In this document: positions 31,300 through 44,084 of the stretch, in pieces
Position numbering within the stretch: position 1 is the first letter of the stretch
How the letters are laid out: the number at the start of each line of letters is the position of its first letter
NCBI RefSeq assembly: GCF_018350175.1
Contig: NC_058381.1
Span: 2,170,001-2,234,000, forward strand
Direction: 5' to 3'
Origin: Felis catus
Lineage: Eukaryota
DNA: 64,000 bases
The notes under the pieces: model-generated
What the model saw: the letters and a program-made list of their open reading frames with translations, nothing else
Database searches by the model: none
Told to the model about the DNA's origin: nothing
Translations under genes and position numbers: made by a program

Positions 31300-32379
31300 G
31301 CGGAACCGGGAGCTGGGGGACAGGCGTGGGCAGCCCGCGGGGGCCCACATGGGCGGGGAGTGGCACCGACGGCTTCGCGGAGGTTGCGGGCCGAGACGGG
31401 TCGGGGTAGGACGGGGTCCTCAGAGACCGGGAGGGAAGGGGATGGAGAATTGGGGGAGGGGGCAGTGGGGGAGGGGGCCAGGGAGAAGGGAGGGAGGGAG
31501 AAGGGAGGGGGAGGGGAAGGGGGAAGCGGAGGGTGGCCCGCTGCGCAGGCGCGTTAGGGGGCTGCCCGCGGGAAAGGGCGGGCGGGGGCCGCGGCGCGCG
31601 AAGGGCCGCGGCGGCGGCGGCGGCGGCGGCGGACGGGCCGGCTGGGCGAAGGAACGGGGAAGGAGGGGGAGGGGGAGCCGAAGGGCGCGGATGGCTAGAC
31701 CGGAGCGGCCTCCCCCTCCCCGAAGTCGGGGGTGCCTTAGCCGCTGGGGAGCGGGGCTGCAGCCTCTGCAGCCTCTGCAGCTGGATTTCCCACTCTGACA
31801 GGCGCCATTTTACCGCCCTAAGGGCTCCCTCCTCCTTTCTTCCCCCCTCCTCTTCCCCTCTGACACTGCTTCCGGTGGTGACGTGTATTCGCTTCACCGG
31901 GACTAAAGTTCCCCCTCCTCGGTCTATGGGGGCGGGTAGAGGAAAGCGAGAGCGCTCCCAACAAGGCCGCAGTATCGCGCAAGCGCGGAAGGTGGCAGCG
32001 GGGCGGACCCCGGGGGCGAGGCGGGCCCCGCCTGGAGCGGCGTGGGCGGGGCGGGTGACGTCTCTCGTCCCCGGGTGTCGGGCCGTCGGACGGGCTCGTG
32101 CGGCCTCCTACCCCTCCCGCCGACAACTGCCCCCAACGGCTCTTCCGGCCCCAGTCGTGGTAAAAATGTCCTGCGTCTGTGCGCCGGAGCTCGGGAGGGG
32201 CCCCTCCGCGTGAGCGCCCCCTGGGATATTGGACATAATCACCTCTCATTCCGGACCGGGCCGGGTCTCGGTTGTGGGAGGACTCATGGGTGCCCCGCCC
32301 CTTTTCCCTGGAGGGGGCGGGGCGGCGGGCCGTGACGCCATCAGAGGGCGCCCGAGGAGGGACGGGCCGCCAGTTGGAG
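31300..32379. promoter_or_regulatory. CTDNEP1/ELP5 bidirectional CpG-island promoter
   Basis: Divergent genes; (GGC)n at ~31608-31632, YY1-type CGCCATTTT at ~31803, CTTCCGG ETS sites, TGACGT half-CREs and GC boxes. Confidence 0.75.
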
Positions 32380-35300
32380 ATGGAGTCGGTGCTGGCTCTG
32401 CGCGGCCTGGTGCTGCTGCGGGGTGAGGGCCAGAGGCGCCGGGGGTTGCGAGCTGGGCTCGAGGGGCGGCAGCGGAGAGCGAGAGCCGCGTGTCACCGGC
32501 GAGGGGTGGTCCCCCGGGGTCGGTGAGGACGGAAACGTCAGCGTTCTCACGCTGGTTATCCGTCCCTCGCTCTCCCCAGACTCCGTGGAGTGGGAGGGGC
32601 GCAGTCTCTTGAAGGCGCTTATCAAGAAAGCTGCGCTGGGGTGAGTATCCCGCAGCCTTCCCCCCGAAGTCCCCGGGAAGGAAGGCTGGGCCCAGCTCTG
32701 TGACACTCTCCTTCATCTCTGCCTTAGTGGGGAGCAGGTCCACATCCTGGGCTGTGAAGTGAGCGAGGAAGAGTTTCGTGCAGGTTTTGACTCCAGTGTC
32801 AACAGCCGGTAAGCGCAGATTGGGAGAGAGTTTGCTGGGTGTAGGATCCCTGTAGGGAAATTGCTCTCCGTCATATTCATTGAAGGAGTGGATATGTGTC
32901 TTTCGGGAGGCCAAGATTCGTAAGAGAAATGAGGAGTGGCGAGTTCATGGAGAACCCAGAGCATGGGCCATAGAAGCGCAGACGGAAATGGAGCGTAGTA
33001 AGAGGCCGACGCTGTAGTTTCGCACCAGAAGCTGTACTGGTGGATAAAAATGAACATATTCTGTCTTTTGAGGTATTCAGAATCCGGGGATGGTTATTCC
33101 AGACGTGGATTCCAGATTTGCACCAACACTAGCTGCCAGCTACTGAGCGATTTGTTCTAGAGGCGAAAGTAACACACTGTGCAAAATTAGGGACGTATGG
33201 GAAGGCAAAGCTGTTCATGGGAGTTGGAAGAGCTTCCTGAGACCAGACCGATAGCAAAGGGTCTCAGCGTGAAAATGAGTTCAGTTGTTATCCCAAAGGC
33301 AGTGACGGCCCTTTCAACGTGTAAGAGGCGAGTGATAATCTCATACTGTTAGACTTCTCCGGTGACCAGTGTGGAGAATGGGATTCGAAGGGGGCAGCCT
33401 CAGACAGACCGGGAGGGAAGGCTGCTGTGGTAGGCCAGGTTCGCTCAGGGGTGTATGTGTACTGAGCACCAGTTACGAACCGGGTGCTGTGGTAGGCACG
33501 GTGAATGAGACGGCTGTGGTCTCTAACGCATCTTAGGGAAAGATGATAGGGGGTGACAGATCTGGCTTAAGACAGTAGCAGTAAGTAAGCATAGAGAGTT
33601 TAATTTCCAGGAGTTATCGACTGATGTGGAATAGACCTTAGGAGACCCCTGAACCCACCTGTGTGCCTGGATAAAAAAGATGACTTCCCGGTCTAGACAG
33701 CTCAGTAGCTTAAACCTGTGTTCAGCTCTGGTTTTTCAACCATGTGATGGAAGTGATGTTTCGCGTTAAGGTGGCACTTACGAGAGAAGCAACAGATAGG
33801 ACGGTGGTGTCCAGGAACAAGTTGGGCCACCGTGAATCCGATCCCAGGATGTCTAACCCACGTCAGACTCCCTTTTTCTGTGGTGCTACTTTATCTATGG
33901 TTAGTAACACAGGATCTAATTCTTGATCTTCTCTAAACCGTCCTACAGGCAGGAACCGTGTCTCACATCCTGTCCCCTCCCTGTTCCTCCAGGGAATGAC
34001 ACGAGTTAGGCTCCACTCGGGAAACGTTTGATGGTGACGATAACTAACGTTTGTCAAGCGTGTAATACGCGTTAAGGATCGTTCTAAAGATCAAACAGTT
34101 GGTATCTGTGCATTTGTTCTACAAATGAAGAAACGGTTTTAGGATAAGTAGCTTATCAGTTAGGTGACCTTGGGTAAGTAGTAAAGCCACGCTCAGAGCC
34201 CAGGGCTTTCTGACACCAAAGCCTGTGCTGCCCACATGGTAGTCTGTGTCTCAGTTTTAGCTCTAAGTCACAGAGAGCCACAGAGATCACAGGGTGAAGT
34301 TCAAGATTGAGGGGAAGGGGCAGGGTTAATAAGTTGTCTCCTGTTTTCCCTTTGCAGGTTGGTTTACTATGACCTCTTCAGAGACCCGCTCAACTGGGCA
34401 CAGACTGGGGAAGCCCTTCCGGGGGGACCCCTGGGAGCCTTGCAGGCCATGTGCGAGAGGACGGATCCTGGTCCTGTCACTGTGGCTCTCGATTCACTGA
34501 GCTGGCTGCTGCTGCGTCTTCCCTGTGCCGCCCTGTGCCAGGCCCTCTGTGCCATGAGCCGTCGGCACGCCTGCCGTGGTGAGACCCCCTTCATTACTGC
34601 TCGTCGTGTACCTTCCCCTGCCAAGGAGTAAGCCCTCTTCCATTCTGAGCAAGAACATAATTAGGGATTGCCAGTTGGGCCTTATTCCGTCTATTTAATG
34701 TTTATTCTAGTTCTGGGCTTCTTCGTAACCAGGCTTTTGTTCCTCTTCCGGGTTCATTTTTACTCATTTGTTTCATTCGTTCACTCAATGAGTACAAATT
34801 ACGCGCTATGTGTCAGGCACAAATCTAGATACCAGGAGAGTAAAGACCAGCTGTGCTCAGGTTCTTGTCTTCCAGGAGCTCAAAGTGCCAGAAAGGATAC
34901 AGACAAGTTAGCAGTTACAAGACAGTCTGATAGCAGCCGTGATGATAAAGGAACATACACAGGGCGTCCTAAGGAAAGAACTGTCTCGAAGAGGAAGGGG
35001 TTAGCCAGGCAAATTTGGCCAGACCAGGGGCCCTGGGAGTAGCCCTGAAGTATACCGTGGATTCTAGAACTGACCATGCAGTCAGCTACCCAACTTTGTG
35101 TTAAGGTGCTTGAGTCTCTCAGTGTTTCAGTTTACTCTGTAAGAGTGGGGGGAAGGGGTGAAATTACAGTATTAGCATGAACTATTTAACTTTTTTTAAT
35201 GTTTATTTTTGAGAGAGAGTGTAAGTGGGGTAGAGGCAGAGAGGGAGACACAGAATCCGAAGCCGGCTCCAGGCTCTGAGCTGTCAGCACAGAGGCCGAC

Positions 35301-37712
35301 ACGGGGCTCGAACTTACAGACCGTGAGATCGTGACCTGAGCTGAAGTCAGACGCTTAATCAACTGAGCCCCCCAGGCGCGCCTAGGAGGAACCATTTAGA
35401 ATTGCTGTTAGGTCAAGTGATAGCGATGTCATATGCTTCAGCCCAAACATGCCGACGTTTGTAAGCATCAAAACACGAAGGCATCTTCTAGCACAGTGCT
35501 GACGCTCTTTAAGTGTGTGTGTGCGCGCTCCGCAAAAGGGAGAGACAACGGGAGGGAGTCAAAGGCACTGACTGAGATGGGGTCAAGTTCCAAAAGCCTC
35601 AAGTAGTTCATCATGTAAGAGATGAAGCTGGAAAGTAAGCAGAGACTGGAAGAGGAAGGGGTTAACTCCGTCCCGAAGGCCCTGAGGGAGGAGCTCCGAG
35701 GAAGGACCAAGTCAGAGTAGGCCTGGCTCACATTCACTCTGAGGAGGTGAGGGCTGCAGCTCCGCAGTCCCAGCCTCACCAAGGGAAGTCAGGATTGTGG
35801 CGGAGCCGCAACGGAACGTGGGGCACCCCCTCCTTCCTCCTCCTTTACTGTTCCATCCCTGGCCTCCACTCTGAGTGTCCCCCACTGCCCTTTGTGCCCC
35901 ACGCTTGTTGTCCTTCCAGGTGGCAGCCTCGCAGCGGAGCAGCTGTGCGTGCTAGGCCTGCTGCACCGAGAGCTCCACGGCCCGGGCCCCATGGGAGCAT
36001 TGAGCAGCCTTGCCCAGACCGAGGTGACCCTGAGTGGTACAGCGGGCCAGGCCTCGGCCCACATCCTCTGTCGGAGGCCCCGACAGCGCCCAACCCTCGA
36101 GGTCAGGAGAACCCCGGGGAACCACTAAGGTCAGGGTCAGACGGAAGGGGAGTCTTGGCGGAAAGAAGAGTAAGAAAGCTGGTGTGGCCGAGCGCTTCCC
36201 TCTGTCTCCTTGTTTTGTCATTTCCCTCCTGATCCTCACCTCGGCCCTGGGAGGTGGCTTGTTTTGTTGTCCCCTTACCCAAGTTACAGACAGTGAGTGG
36301 TAGAGCCAGGATTTGAACGCAGGATTGCCTGATTCGGATCCCGTGGGCTTAACCAAGAGGAGATCTTGACTTCCAAGAAACGGCAAAGGAGAAAAGACTG
36401 GGAGCGGTTGTTGGGGGAGAAGGAGCGAGTCCCTTCGGAGAGCTTTGAAGGAGGGCGAGGGGAAGAGCGGGGGCTGGAAGCTGTTACACTGATGGTGGGG
36501 CGGGCAGGGGTGGGCAGGGGCAGGGCCGCCGGGGGCGGGGGGGGGGGGAGGTGGTCCAAGTTCTTCTCTCTGGTTTGTTCCGTCAGGTGGAAACAACCTT
36601 CCTGTTAATACTCTTTCTTCTCCCCCAGACTCTGTGGTTCTCCGTCCTGCCTGACTTGAGCCTGGATCTCCAAGGGGGACCCCCGCTAGAGTCCCAGCCC
36701 CACCCAGATCCTCACACACCGCAGGTATCTCGCAGGCCAGGGGCGGAAACGAGGGAACGAGGGAACGGGGGAACGGAGCTTGTGGGCCTGGTGAAAGGAG
36801 AGACTGGAAACTGCAGGGGGTGGGGGTGGGGTCAGGGGTGCAGCCATGAGGCAGTGGCAGTATCCCTCGTGCCTGCAGGTGGACCCCGCCTCCCACTTGA
36901 CCTTTAACCTCCACCTGTCCAAGAGAGAGCGAGAAGCCAAGGATAGCCTGACACTGCCTTTCCAGTTCAGCTCCGAAAAGTAAGGTTGGGGGCCGGGCGC
37001 CTGGGTTCCTGAGTAGAGCCCTGCGTCCGGGCCTGAGAGGTGGGGTGATGGCAGGTTATTGATTAACCTCAGACTTTACAGGGGCTGAAGTCCACCTCCA
37101 AAGACAAGTCTGGGGAGTGGTTCTCTACCCGCTCCTGCCCCAACGAGGCTAAAGGGCCTCTATGTCTCCTTTTTCGCCATTAGAGCCTTAGGTCACAGAG
37201 CAATCGGGTCTGGGCTGAGCCAGACCAGACCCTGGGGAAGTGGCCCTGCCCCTCTCTAGGCAACAGTGTTACTGGGAGGACGGGAAGCCAGTTGGGTGTG
37301 GTAGGGACAGGTTCATAATGGCCTCTGTATGCCTGTCGTTCCGTGCTCAGTGTGTGGGCGGGCGAAGCCACACCGTGGCAGGATCCGTGCCCTTGAGCTG
37401 CTAAGAACGTAGGGGATCGTTAGGAGAGCGGCATCAGTCTATCCCGGTGCTGGATGCGGCTCCCATGCTGACTAAACGAGGAGGTCAGAGAAAGGGACTT
37501 GAACCCAGAAAACACGAAAGCCAACGAGAAAGAGGGAGTCAGTCACCAGGAAGCGTGTCCAGACAGGACCAGCACCCGCTCCCCCTCCTCTCCCCAGACA
37601 GCAGGCTCTGCTGCGCCCTGGGCCCGGCCCTGCTACCAGCCGCATCTTCTATGAGCCAGACACGTTCGATGACCTGGACCCAGAAGACCCAGATGGTGAC
37701 CTGGATGTTTGA
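32380..37712 (+). CDS. ELP5: Elongator complex protein 5, 8 exons, 299 aa
   Basis: Exons 32380-32422, 32580-32640, 32728-32808, 34358-34578, 35920-36101, 36629-36724, 36879-36979, 37598-37712 (900 nt). LVLLRDSVEWEGRSLL, DSLSWLL, LTFNLHLS and acidic tail FYEPDTFDDLDPEDPDGDLDV*; AATAAA at 37938-37943. Confidence 0.95.
34030..34230. mobile_element. MIR fragment in ELP5 intron 3
   Basis: TACAAATGAAGAAAC...GGTGACCTTG...CTGACACCAAAGCCTGTGCT resembles MIR. Confidence 0.55.
35190..35382 (-). mobile_element. Can-SINE in ELP5 intron 4
   Basis: Typical reverse-complement SINEC body (GAGAGGGAGACACAGAATCCGAAGC...CCCAGGCGCGCC). Confidence 0.92.
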
Positions 37713-38452
37713 CGGGGAGCCTTGACTAGCCTGTACTGGGGAGGGGGGAGAGAGACCTTGGACGCGTAACCATCCTTTCGTTGTTTGCGGCGGCCTTACC
37801 CTGCCCCACCTGTGTTCCCTGTGTGCGGAGGTCCTGCCTCGTGACCCCCGAGTCAGGGAGTGGCTTCCAGGCGGGACAAGACACGGGAAGGGGCAGAGGG
37901 GAAGGTGAGGGAACAGAGACGCCTCCCTTCCCAGCCTAATAAAATCTATTTTTTTACGAAAAAAGAAACTTTGCTAGCTGTGTAAGCGGGAGTTGGCAGT
38001 GGGAGGGACTGCGTGGGAAGAGGCAGGGAAGCCAGGCACCTGAGTCTTGGAGAGTCACTAGCGTTGGGGCCCAAGTGACAGCGGTGCCACAGGGAGGGCC
38101 TTGCACACCGATAGCGCTCAGGGTGTGTTGTTTTAAACTGAAGCAGATACACTTAAAGGTTCCGGGTTCCCTGCAAGGATCTGGGTTGAAAGAAAGCAGA
38201 GACCCTGAAGGGGGAGGAAAAAAAAGCCTCCTTTCCAAAACATACGGTTTTATTCCTGTACAAAAAGCACACCCTCCTCTTTTTGCGTCCCTCACCCAAC
38301 CCCCTCGGGGGAACTGTACAAGGTGCGCGAGCGAGCGGGGTGGCGGGGCTTGTCTGTCTCCGCACCCCGCCCACGGGCCGAGCTCTGCCCCAGGCCGGTT
38401 CAGGTCCCCGGGCACACCACAGGCTGCCAGGCCGGGCCAGGGGGCCCCCGGC

Positions 38453-40022
38453 TCACACATACTCCTTGGCAGAGTTGGGCTTGGGGTAGGAGCGGGGTGC
38501 GCGGTACCCAGCTTTGCTGTCACTCCCGGGACAGGAGCAAGAGAGCAGGGCGCCTCCCAGGATGACCAGAGCCGACCCCGCCCAGCCAATGAAGATGGCA
38601 GGACCGAACTCGTACCTATGGAGAGAGGGGGTCGGGGTCAGAAACGCTGCCTTTCCTGGAGGGGGATCCGGAACTGTCGCCCCTTTAGGAGGCCGGGCTC
38701 CCATACTTACTTCAGATTCATGGGGACCAACGGGTTATAAAAGTCTGTGACGATCTGGTGGCCGTACCAGGAACAAGCTACCAAGGCAGCAAGACCTGGG
38801 GGCGAGAGAGACTGGCATGTTGGGAGGCCCGGGGCCGGCACCTTGCTCGCCTCCACGCTCCGCCTGGGCCCTCCTTGGGCCTGCAGCTCACCTGCCACGA
38901 TGAAAACGATGCCTCCGGTCATGGCTATCCGGGCCTTCTTCACTTTGTCGTCTCCCCCGCAGCTTGTACACTTCATGCCCATCGTGGCCACGAACATGGC
39001 CAGGAAGCCCAGCACCAGGGACACCACCATGAGGGCTCGGGTGGCCTGGATGGCCGCTGCGGGGAAGGGGGAAGGACGCCCTCATTCCTGGAAACGCGGG
39101 TCGCTGGGCTGGGGCCCCTGGGGCGTCCGAGCCCCGCGCAGCGCCGGGTGGATCCCGCCCCCTCCCGGCTCCGCGGCCTCGCCGCTCCGCCCCGCCCTCC
39201 TTCTGCCTTAGGACCCGCCCGGGGCGCGAGGGTTTCGGCGAAACCGCCCCGGCTGGGGAGAGGGGGGCAGGGAGGAAGGGGCCCGCGGAGAGGGGCGGCG
39301 GCGGCGGCGGCGGCGGCCGGAGCCCCCGCACGGGCCGCAGATCTCGGCCCGCGGCCCAGCCCTGACCCCCATTATCGCGGCCACCGGCTCTGTGGCTTCG
39401 GCTAATCGGCCGATAAGATTACAGGCCGCAGGCGGCGGCCCTCGTCTGACGGCGCGCACGGCTCCTCCGCGGACCCAGCGCCCTCCGCCCCGCGCCGCCT
39501 TTTGTCCGAGAGAAAAGGGCGGGAGACGGAGGCCGCCAGCCGCGCAGGGCGGCGGGGGTAGGAGAGGCCTAGAGGGGGCTGGGCCGCCGGGCGACGAGAC
39601 CCGGGGAGTCTCGGCCGGGGTGGGGGGGGGGGGGCGCAGCCGACGTGCAGCCCCCACCACCCCGCCCCCGGCCCGGTCCGGCCGCTTCCGCGTCCTGCAC
39701 CCCCGCAACCCCGGGCGTCGGGCCTCGCGCCCTTGCTCCGCACCCCGCCCGGCGCCCTCGTTCCCGGGCGCGTCCGCCCCGTCGGCCCCGCGGCCTTACC
39801 CGGCAGGGCGAGCACCGAGTCGTACATCTTGCAGCTCATCATGCCGGTGCTCTGCGTGACGCAGTCCATCCACAGCCCCTTGTACATGGCCTGGGCCGTG
39901 ATGATGTTGTCGCCCGCGTACGAGCTCATCTGCCACTGCGGGATGGCGGTGGCCGCCACCAGGCCCACCCAGCCCAGCAGGGCCAAGGCAAAGCCCAGCA
40001 GCTGCAGGCCCGAATTGGCCAT
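38453..40022 (-). CDS. CLDN7: Claudin-7, 4 exons, 211 aa
   Basis: Exons 40022-39800, 39056-38892, 38795-38711, 38615-38453 (636 nt). [10 protein letters not shown] start, claudin signature W...GLWMDC...C, PDZ-binding tail KEYV*; AATAAA (minus) at 38249-38254. Confidence 0.98.
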
Positions 40023-40439
40023 CTTCGCCCTCGGAAGAGCCTGGGGACGCCGGGCGGGCGACCCTGCGGTACAGCAAACCCACCTCGGGGGGGCAGCCCC
40101 ACAGAAAGAGACGAGTCACCCGAAGAGAAGGTTGGGGTCAAGTGACTGCAGATCTTTTTGTCACTCGAGAAAAACACCAAAAAACAAAAAAAACCACACA
40201 CACACACAAATCGATCCTTCCGGCGGGGCAAGGGTCTCACAGAAGGATCAGGCCACGCCCGGGGACTGGTGGTCGAAAAAGCGATCCCCCGAAGGCCAGG
40301 CGGTCCCCTCCGGCGTTCTCCGCGACCCTACCCAGACGGAAGGCGGAGGGGCGGTGTGTGCGCGGTCCTGGGTACTGGAAGCCCCCAAAGTGCCCTGGGC
40401 TGTCGGCCTGAGGCTGCAGTGCCCGGTGGCTCGGCGGTG

Positions 40440-40800
40440 AGCGGGCAGGTGCTGGCGGACAGGTGCGGCGCACCTGAGTATATGTAGGGCGTCAGGGGCG
40501 CGCCCCCGCGGGCACCGGGAGCGCGGGGGGGAGGCGGGACCAGAGGGCGGCCGAGGGTGACCTGACGTCACCGAAGGGACACTCACCTGAGCCGGAAGTC
40601 CTGGCCCCCACCCCTCCTTGCCCAGGTGAAGAGGAAGAAACCTGAGCCCCAGGGTCACGCCCCTTCTCCTGCCCGGCTTGGATTGCGGGTAGGGAGGAGG
40701 CGGCGGCTTCTCTGGAGTTCCCAGCTTGGAGTCAGCCCCTCCAGACTGGACTTCCCTGGGCGGCGGGATGCCCCTTCTCCTCTCCCCGGCAGGTGCGCCT
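40440..40800. promoter_or_regulatory. CLDN7 promoter with six CAGGTG/CACCTG boxes and a full CRE
   Basis: CAGGTG/CACCTG at 40446, 40460, 40471, 40584, 40623 and 40790 (SNAI/ZEB-type); TGACGTCA 40563-40570; TATA-like element at ~40477-40486. Confidence 0.7.
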
Positions 40801-41719
40801 GGGATACTGCGGCCCCAGAGCGGGGGACACCCTGGGCCCCTCGGTTCCGCACCCCCTCCACCCCTCCCCTCCGCTGGGACTCTTGGTTTCTACTCTAGGC
40901 GCTCTTTGTCCTGCCCTACTTTCGTCCCCACCCCTCTGCTTCCTTTTCTTCAGTCGGCTCTCCTAAGCGTCCCCACCTTGGGGAACCCTAGCTCCAGTCC
41001 CTCAGAACTGCCCCCCTTCAGCAGCCTCCTTGGAGTCTGCATTCCCAGAACCACCAGCCCAGCAGCACCCCGATGCCCGGTGCCCCCTGGCCGCCACCCT
41101 CCTGTCCCGCCCTCCAGCTGACACCTGGCTCCCAGGCCCCGGCCTCCACAGCCCCATCTTCTTGGCTGTCCATTCCAATCCCTATCCCTGACCTGCCTGG
41201 ACCCTTGGCACCCCACCTCAAGGGGGTCACTATCCCCCACCTGCGACGAGGGTCCTTCCTAGCAAAAGGAAGAAAGCACTGAGGCCAGAAGTCAGCAGAG
41301 GGTGGGGAGCGGGGTCAGGCCTAGGTGACATTCTTGGCCACACCTGTCGCTCCCTTCCCTTGGAGACTTTCCAAACCTGTACTCCACTTTCTCCTTCCCT
41401 CCCGTCTTAAACACATTTCCCTTTCCTTCTTTCTGAGCCTGGACCTGACTCTGTGCACCCTCTCCGTCATGCAGGGCTTCCTCCCTCGGGAGTCTACCTC
41501 CCAGCCCCTTCCCTGCCCCTGCGCCCCGCAGCGCCACTCTGCTGCCCCCTGGCCCGGAGTCCTCCCCACCCACCTCTCCGCTCCCAGACCCACGTGTTTC
41601 CAGCCCCCCTCTCCATGTCTATTTTTTCCCTCCACTCTCCCACATTTCCCATTTTTCTTCCTCCTCTCAAACATTTCTCTGTAAGGCTCTCCTTTTTTGA
41701 TTCATGGTGAGGTGTTGTT

Positions 41720-41909
41720 GTTTTTTTTAACCTATCTTTTTTTCTTACAATTTATTTTGAGAGAGAGAGAGAGAGAGAGAGAGAATCCCAAGCAGGCTCC
41801 ACACTGTCAGCCCAGAGCCCGATGTGGCTCGAACCCACAAGAGTGAGATTGTGACTTAAGCCAAAATCAGGAGTCAGAAGCCCAACCAACTGAGCCACCC
41901 AGGTGCCCC
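41720..41909 (-). mobile_element. Can-SINE
   Basis: (GA)n tract and reverse head TGAGCCACCCAGGTGCCCC. Confidence 0.88.
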
Positions 41910-42203
41910 AAGTTTTTTTTTTTGTTGTTTTTTTGTTTTTTTGTTTTTGTTTTTTTTAAGGTGCTTTCCAGCTCCAAAATGTTATGTTTCTCATTACGGA
42001 AGTATATCCAGCTTGTGTGCAAGCTCACTGCCACACCTCAGTCTGACCCGCCACATCTGCCTCTTGCCTGCCCACCCCAGCTGCCTCCAAACCGACAGCC
42101 CCGTTTCCCCGCTTGTCCTTTTGAAATCTATTCTCCGGAAGTGAACTGGTTTGTTTGTTTCAGACTGGGGTCCCGTTACTTTCTGTTTAAAATCCTTAAA
42201 GCA

Positions 42204-42443
42204 GGGGGCACCTGGGTGGCTCAGTAAATTAAGTGTCTGATTTTGGCTCAGGGCCTGATCTCACGGTTCGTGAGCTCGAGCCCCCTGTCGGGCTCTGAGC
42301 TGACCGCGCTGAGCCTGATCCTCTCTCTCTCTGCCCCTCCCCTACTCGTTCCCGGGCGCCGGTGCATGCGCGCGCACGCGCGCTCTCTCTCTGTCTCTCG
42401 CTCTCTCTCTCAATAAATACACTTAAAAAAATAAAAATGAAAC
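42204..42443 (+). mobile_element. Can-SINE with TSD
   Basis: GGGGCACCTGGGTGGCTCAG head; flanking AAAATCCTTAAA at 42189 and 42444. Confidence 0.9.
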
Positions 42444-43280
42444 AAAATCCTTAAAAGCCTCCAAAGTCTCTCCTCGCTCCAGTGTTGCTACACTGGGCTT
42501 GGCAAAATAAATGCCGTGTGTGGCTCGCCGGACTGTGCCTCGGCCATACGAGCCCTCTCTCTGCTCCCGACGTGTATCTCTTTTACTACTTTCCTTCACA
42601 CACTCTGTTCTCTACGCCTGGATGCTCTTGTCCCTGTCCCCTCCCCTCCTTCCTCTACCCTGCTGACCGACGCATCCGACTCATCCTTCAGCAATCAGCT
42701 GGAGTCTCGCTTCTCCTGGGAAGCCTGACCTGACCACCCCGCCCCAGACTGAGTCATATCCCTCGGTGGATGTGCTCACTCACCGCTACTTGGTGCTTTA
42801 ACTGCATGACTTCTTATCACAGAAACTATTTACTCGCGTGCCTATTTACTCAGTGTCAGTCTTCCCCTGTCGATGCCTCCGGGTTTATCGCCAATAAATA
42901 TTTGATGAATGAATGAAAAAATAAACTACAAATTAACGATGTTTTCATCCACTGGTTCAACAAATGTTTCCCGAGGGCCCGTATAAATGGCTCCAGACCT
43001 TGCTCCGGACGTACAGCTGGAACGACCCAGATGAGGACACTGCCCTCCTCGGGTCACTCGGATGCTAGAGGGAGGAAGCAGACAATAAAGGCAGAAACAA
43101 GATGCCACATGTTATCAAGGCAATAAAACAGGGCAATGTGATGAGGTTGGGTCCACTGGAGGGAGACCTTTCTAGGAAGTGACTAGCAAGGAACCAGCCA
43201 AGAGAAAACCATGTTGGGTGAAGAAAGTGGAAAGGGCCGAGACCCTGTGTGGGCTGCCCCTTTGCGATTTTGTAGTATTC

Positions 43281-43502
43281 GTTTCTTTTTTTTTAATTGT
43301 CTTTAACGTTTAATTATTTTTCGGAGAGACGGAATGTGAGCAGGAGATGGGCAGAGAGAGAGGGAGACAGAGAATCCAAAACAGGATGCAGGCTCTGAGC
43401 TGTCGGCCCAGAGCCCGACGTGGGGCTCGACCCCACAAACCGTGAGATCATGACCTGAGCCCAAATCAGGCACTTAACCAACTGAGCCACCCACGTGCTC
43501 CT
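43281..43502 (-). mobile_element. Can-SINE
   Basis: Reverse SINEC body with a poly-T 5' side. Confidence 0.88.
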
Positions 43503-43520
43503 ATGGTACTAATTTTAAAG

Positions 43521-43750
43521 CAGGAGCTCTCCACCTCAGCACCATTGACCTTTGGGGCCAGATAACTCTTTGCTGCAGGTGACTGTCCTGTTCATTATAG
43601 GATATTTAGCATAACATCTTTGACTTCTATTGATTAGATGCCAGGAGAGCCCTCCGCTGAGCCCCAAGGTGACAATCCAAAATGGCTCCAGACGTTGCCG
43701 GATGTCGGGGTGACGAGAGGGGCAAAATGGGTCCCGGCGAAGAGCCACCG
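43521..43750 (-). mobile_element. MER20 (hAT-Charlie) DNA transposon relic
   Basis: CTCAGCACCATTGAC...TAGATGCCAG...GTGACAATCCAAAATGGCTCCAGACGTTGCC...GGGGCAAAAT matches the reverse complement of the MER20 consensus as recalled. Confidence 0.8.
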
Positions 43751-44084
43751 ATTTCAAGCGTGGCCAGGCAGCATCACTGTGGCTGTTTTGCTCTGGTTAG
43801 CCTCCAGTAAACAGTCGGGTACAAGGAGCGAGTAGACGGATGATTGGACTTGACCACGGTTGGGATTTTGCTAAGGAGAGGAAGGAGTTTGAGGTTTTTG
43901 CACGAGAGTGCTGCAGGTGTTCGAGCCCGGATGTAAATCGGGTCGTAAGAAGAGTAAACGCAAAAGGCTTGGGCGTTAGTGGCAAACTGGGGGTGGATGG
44001 TGTGGAGGTCTCTCCCCACGAAGAGAAGGGAGCGAGATACCTGGGAAAATGAGCTGGTCGGCTGGGAATAACATTCGATTTGCA

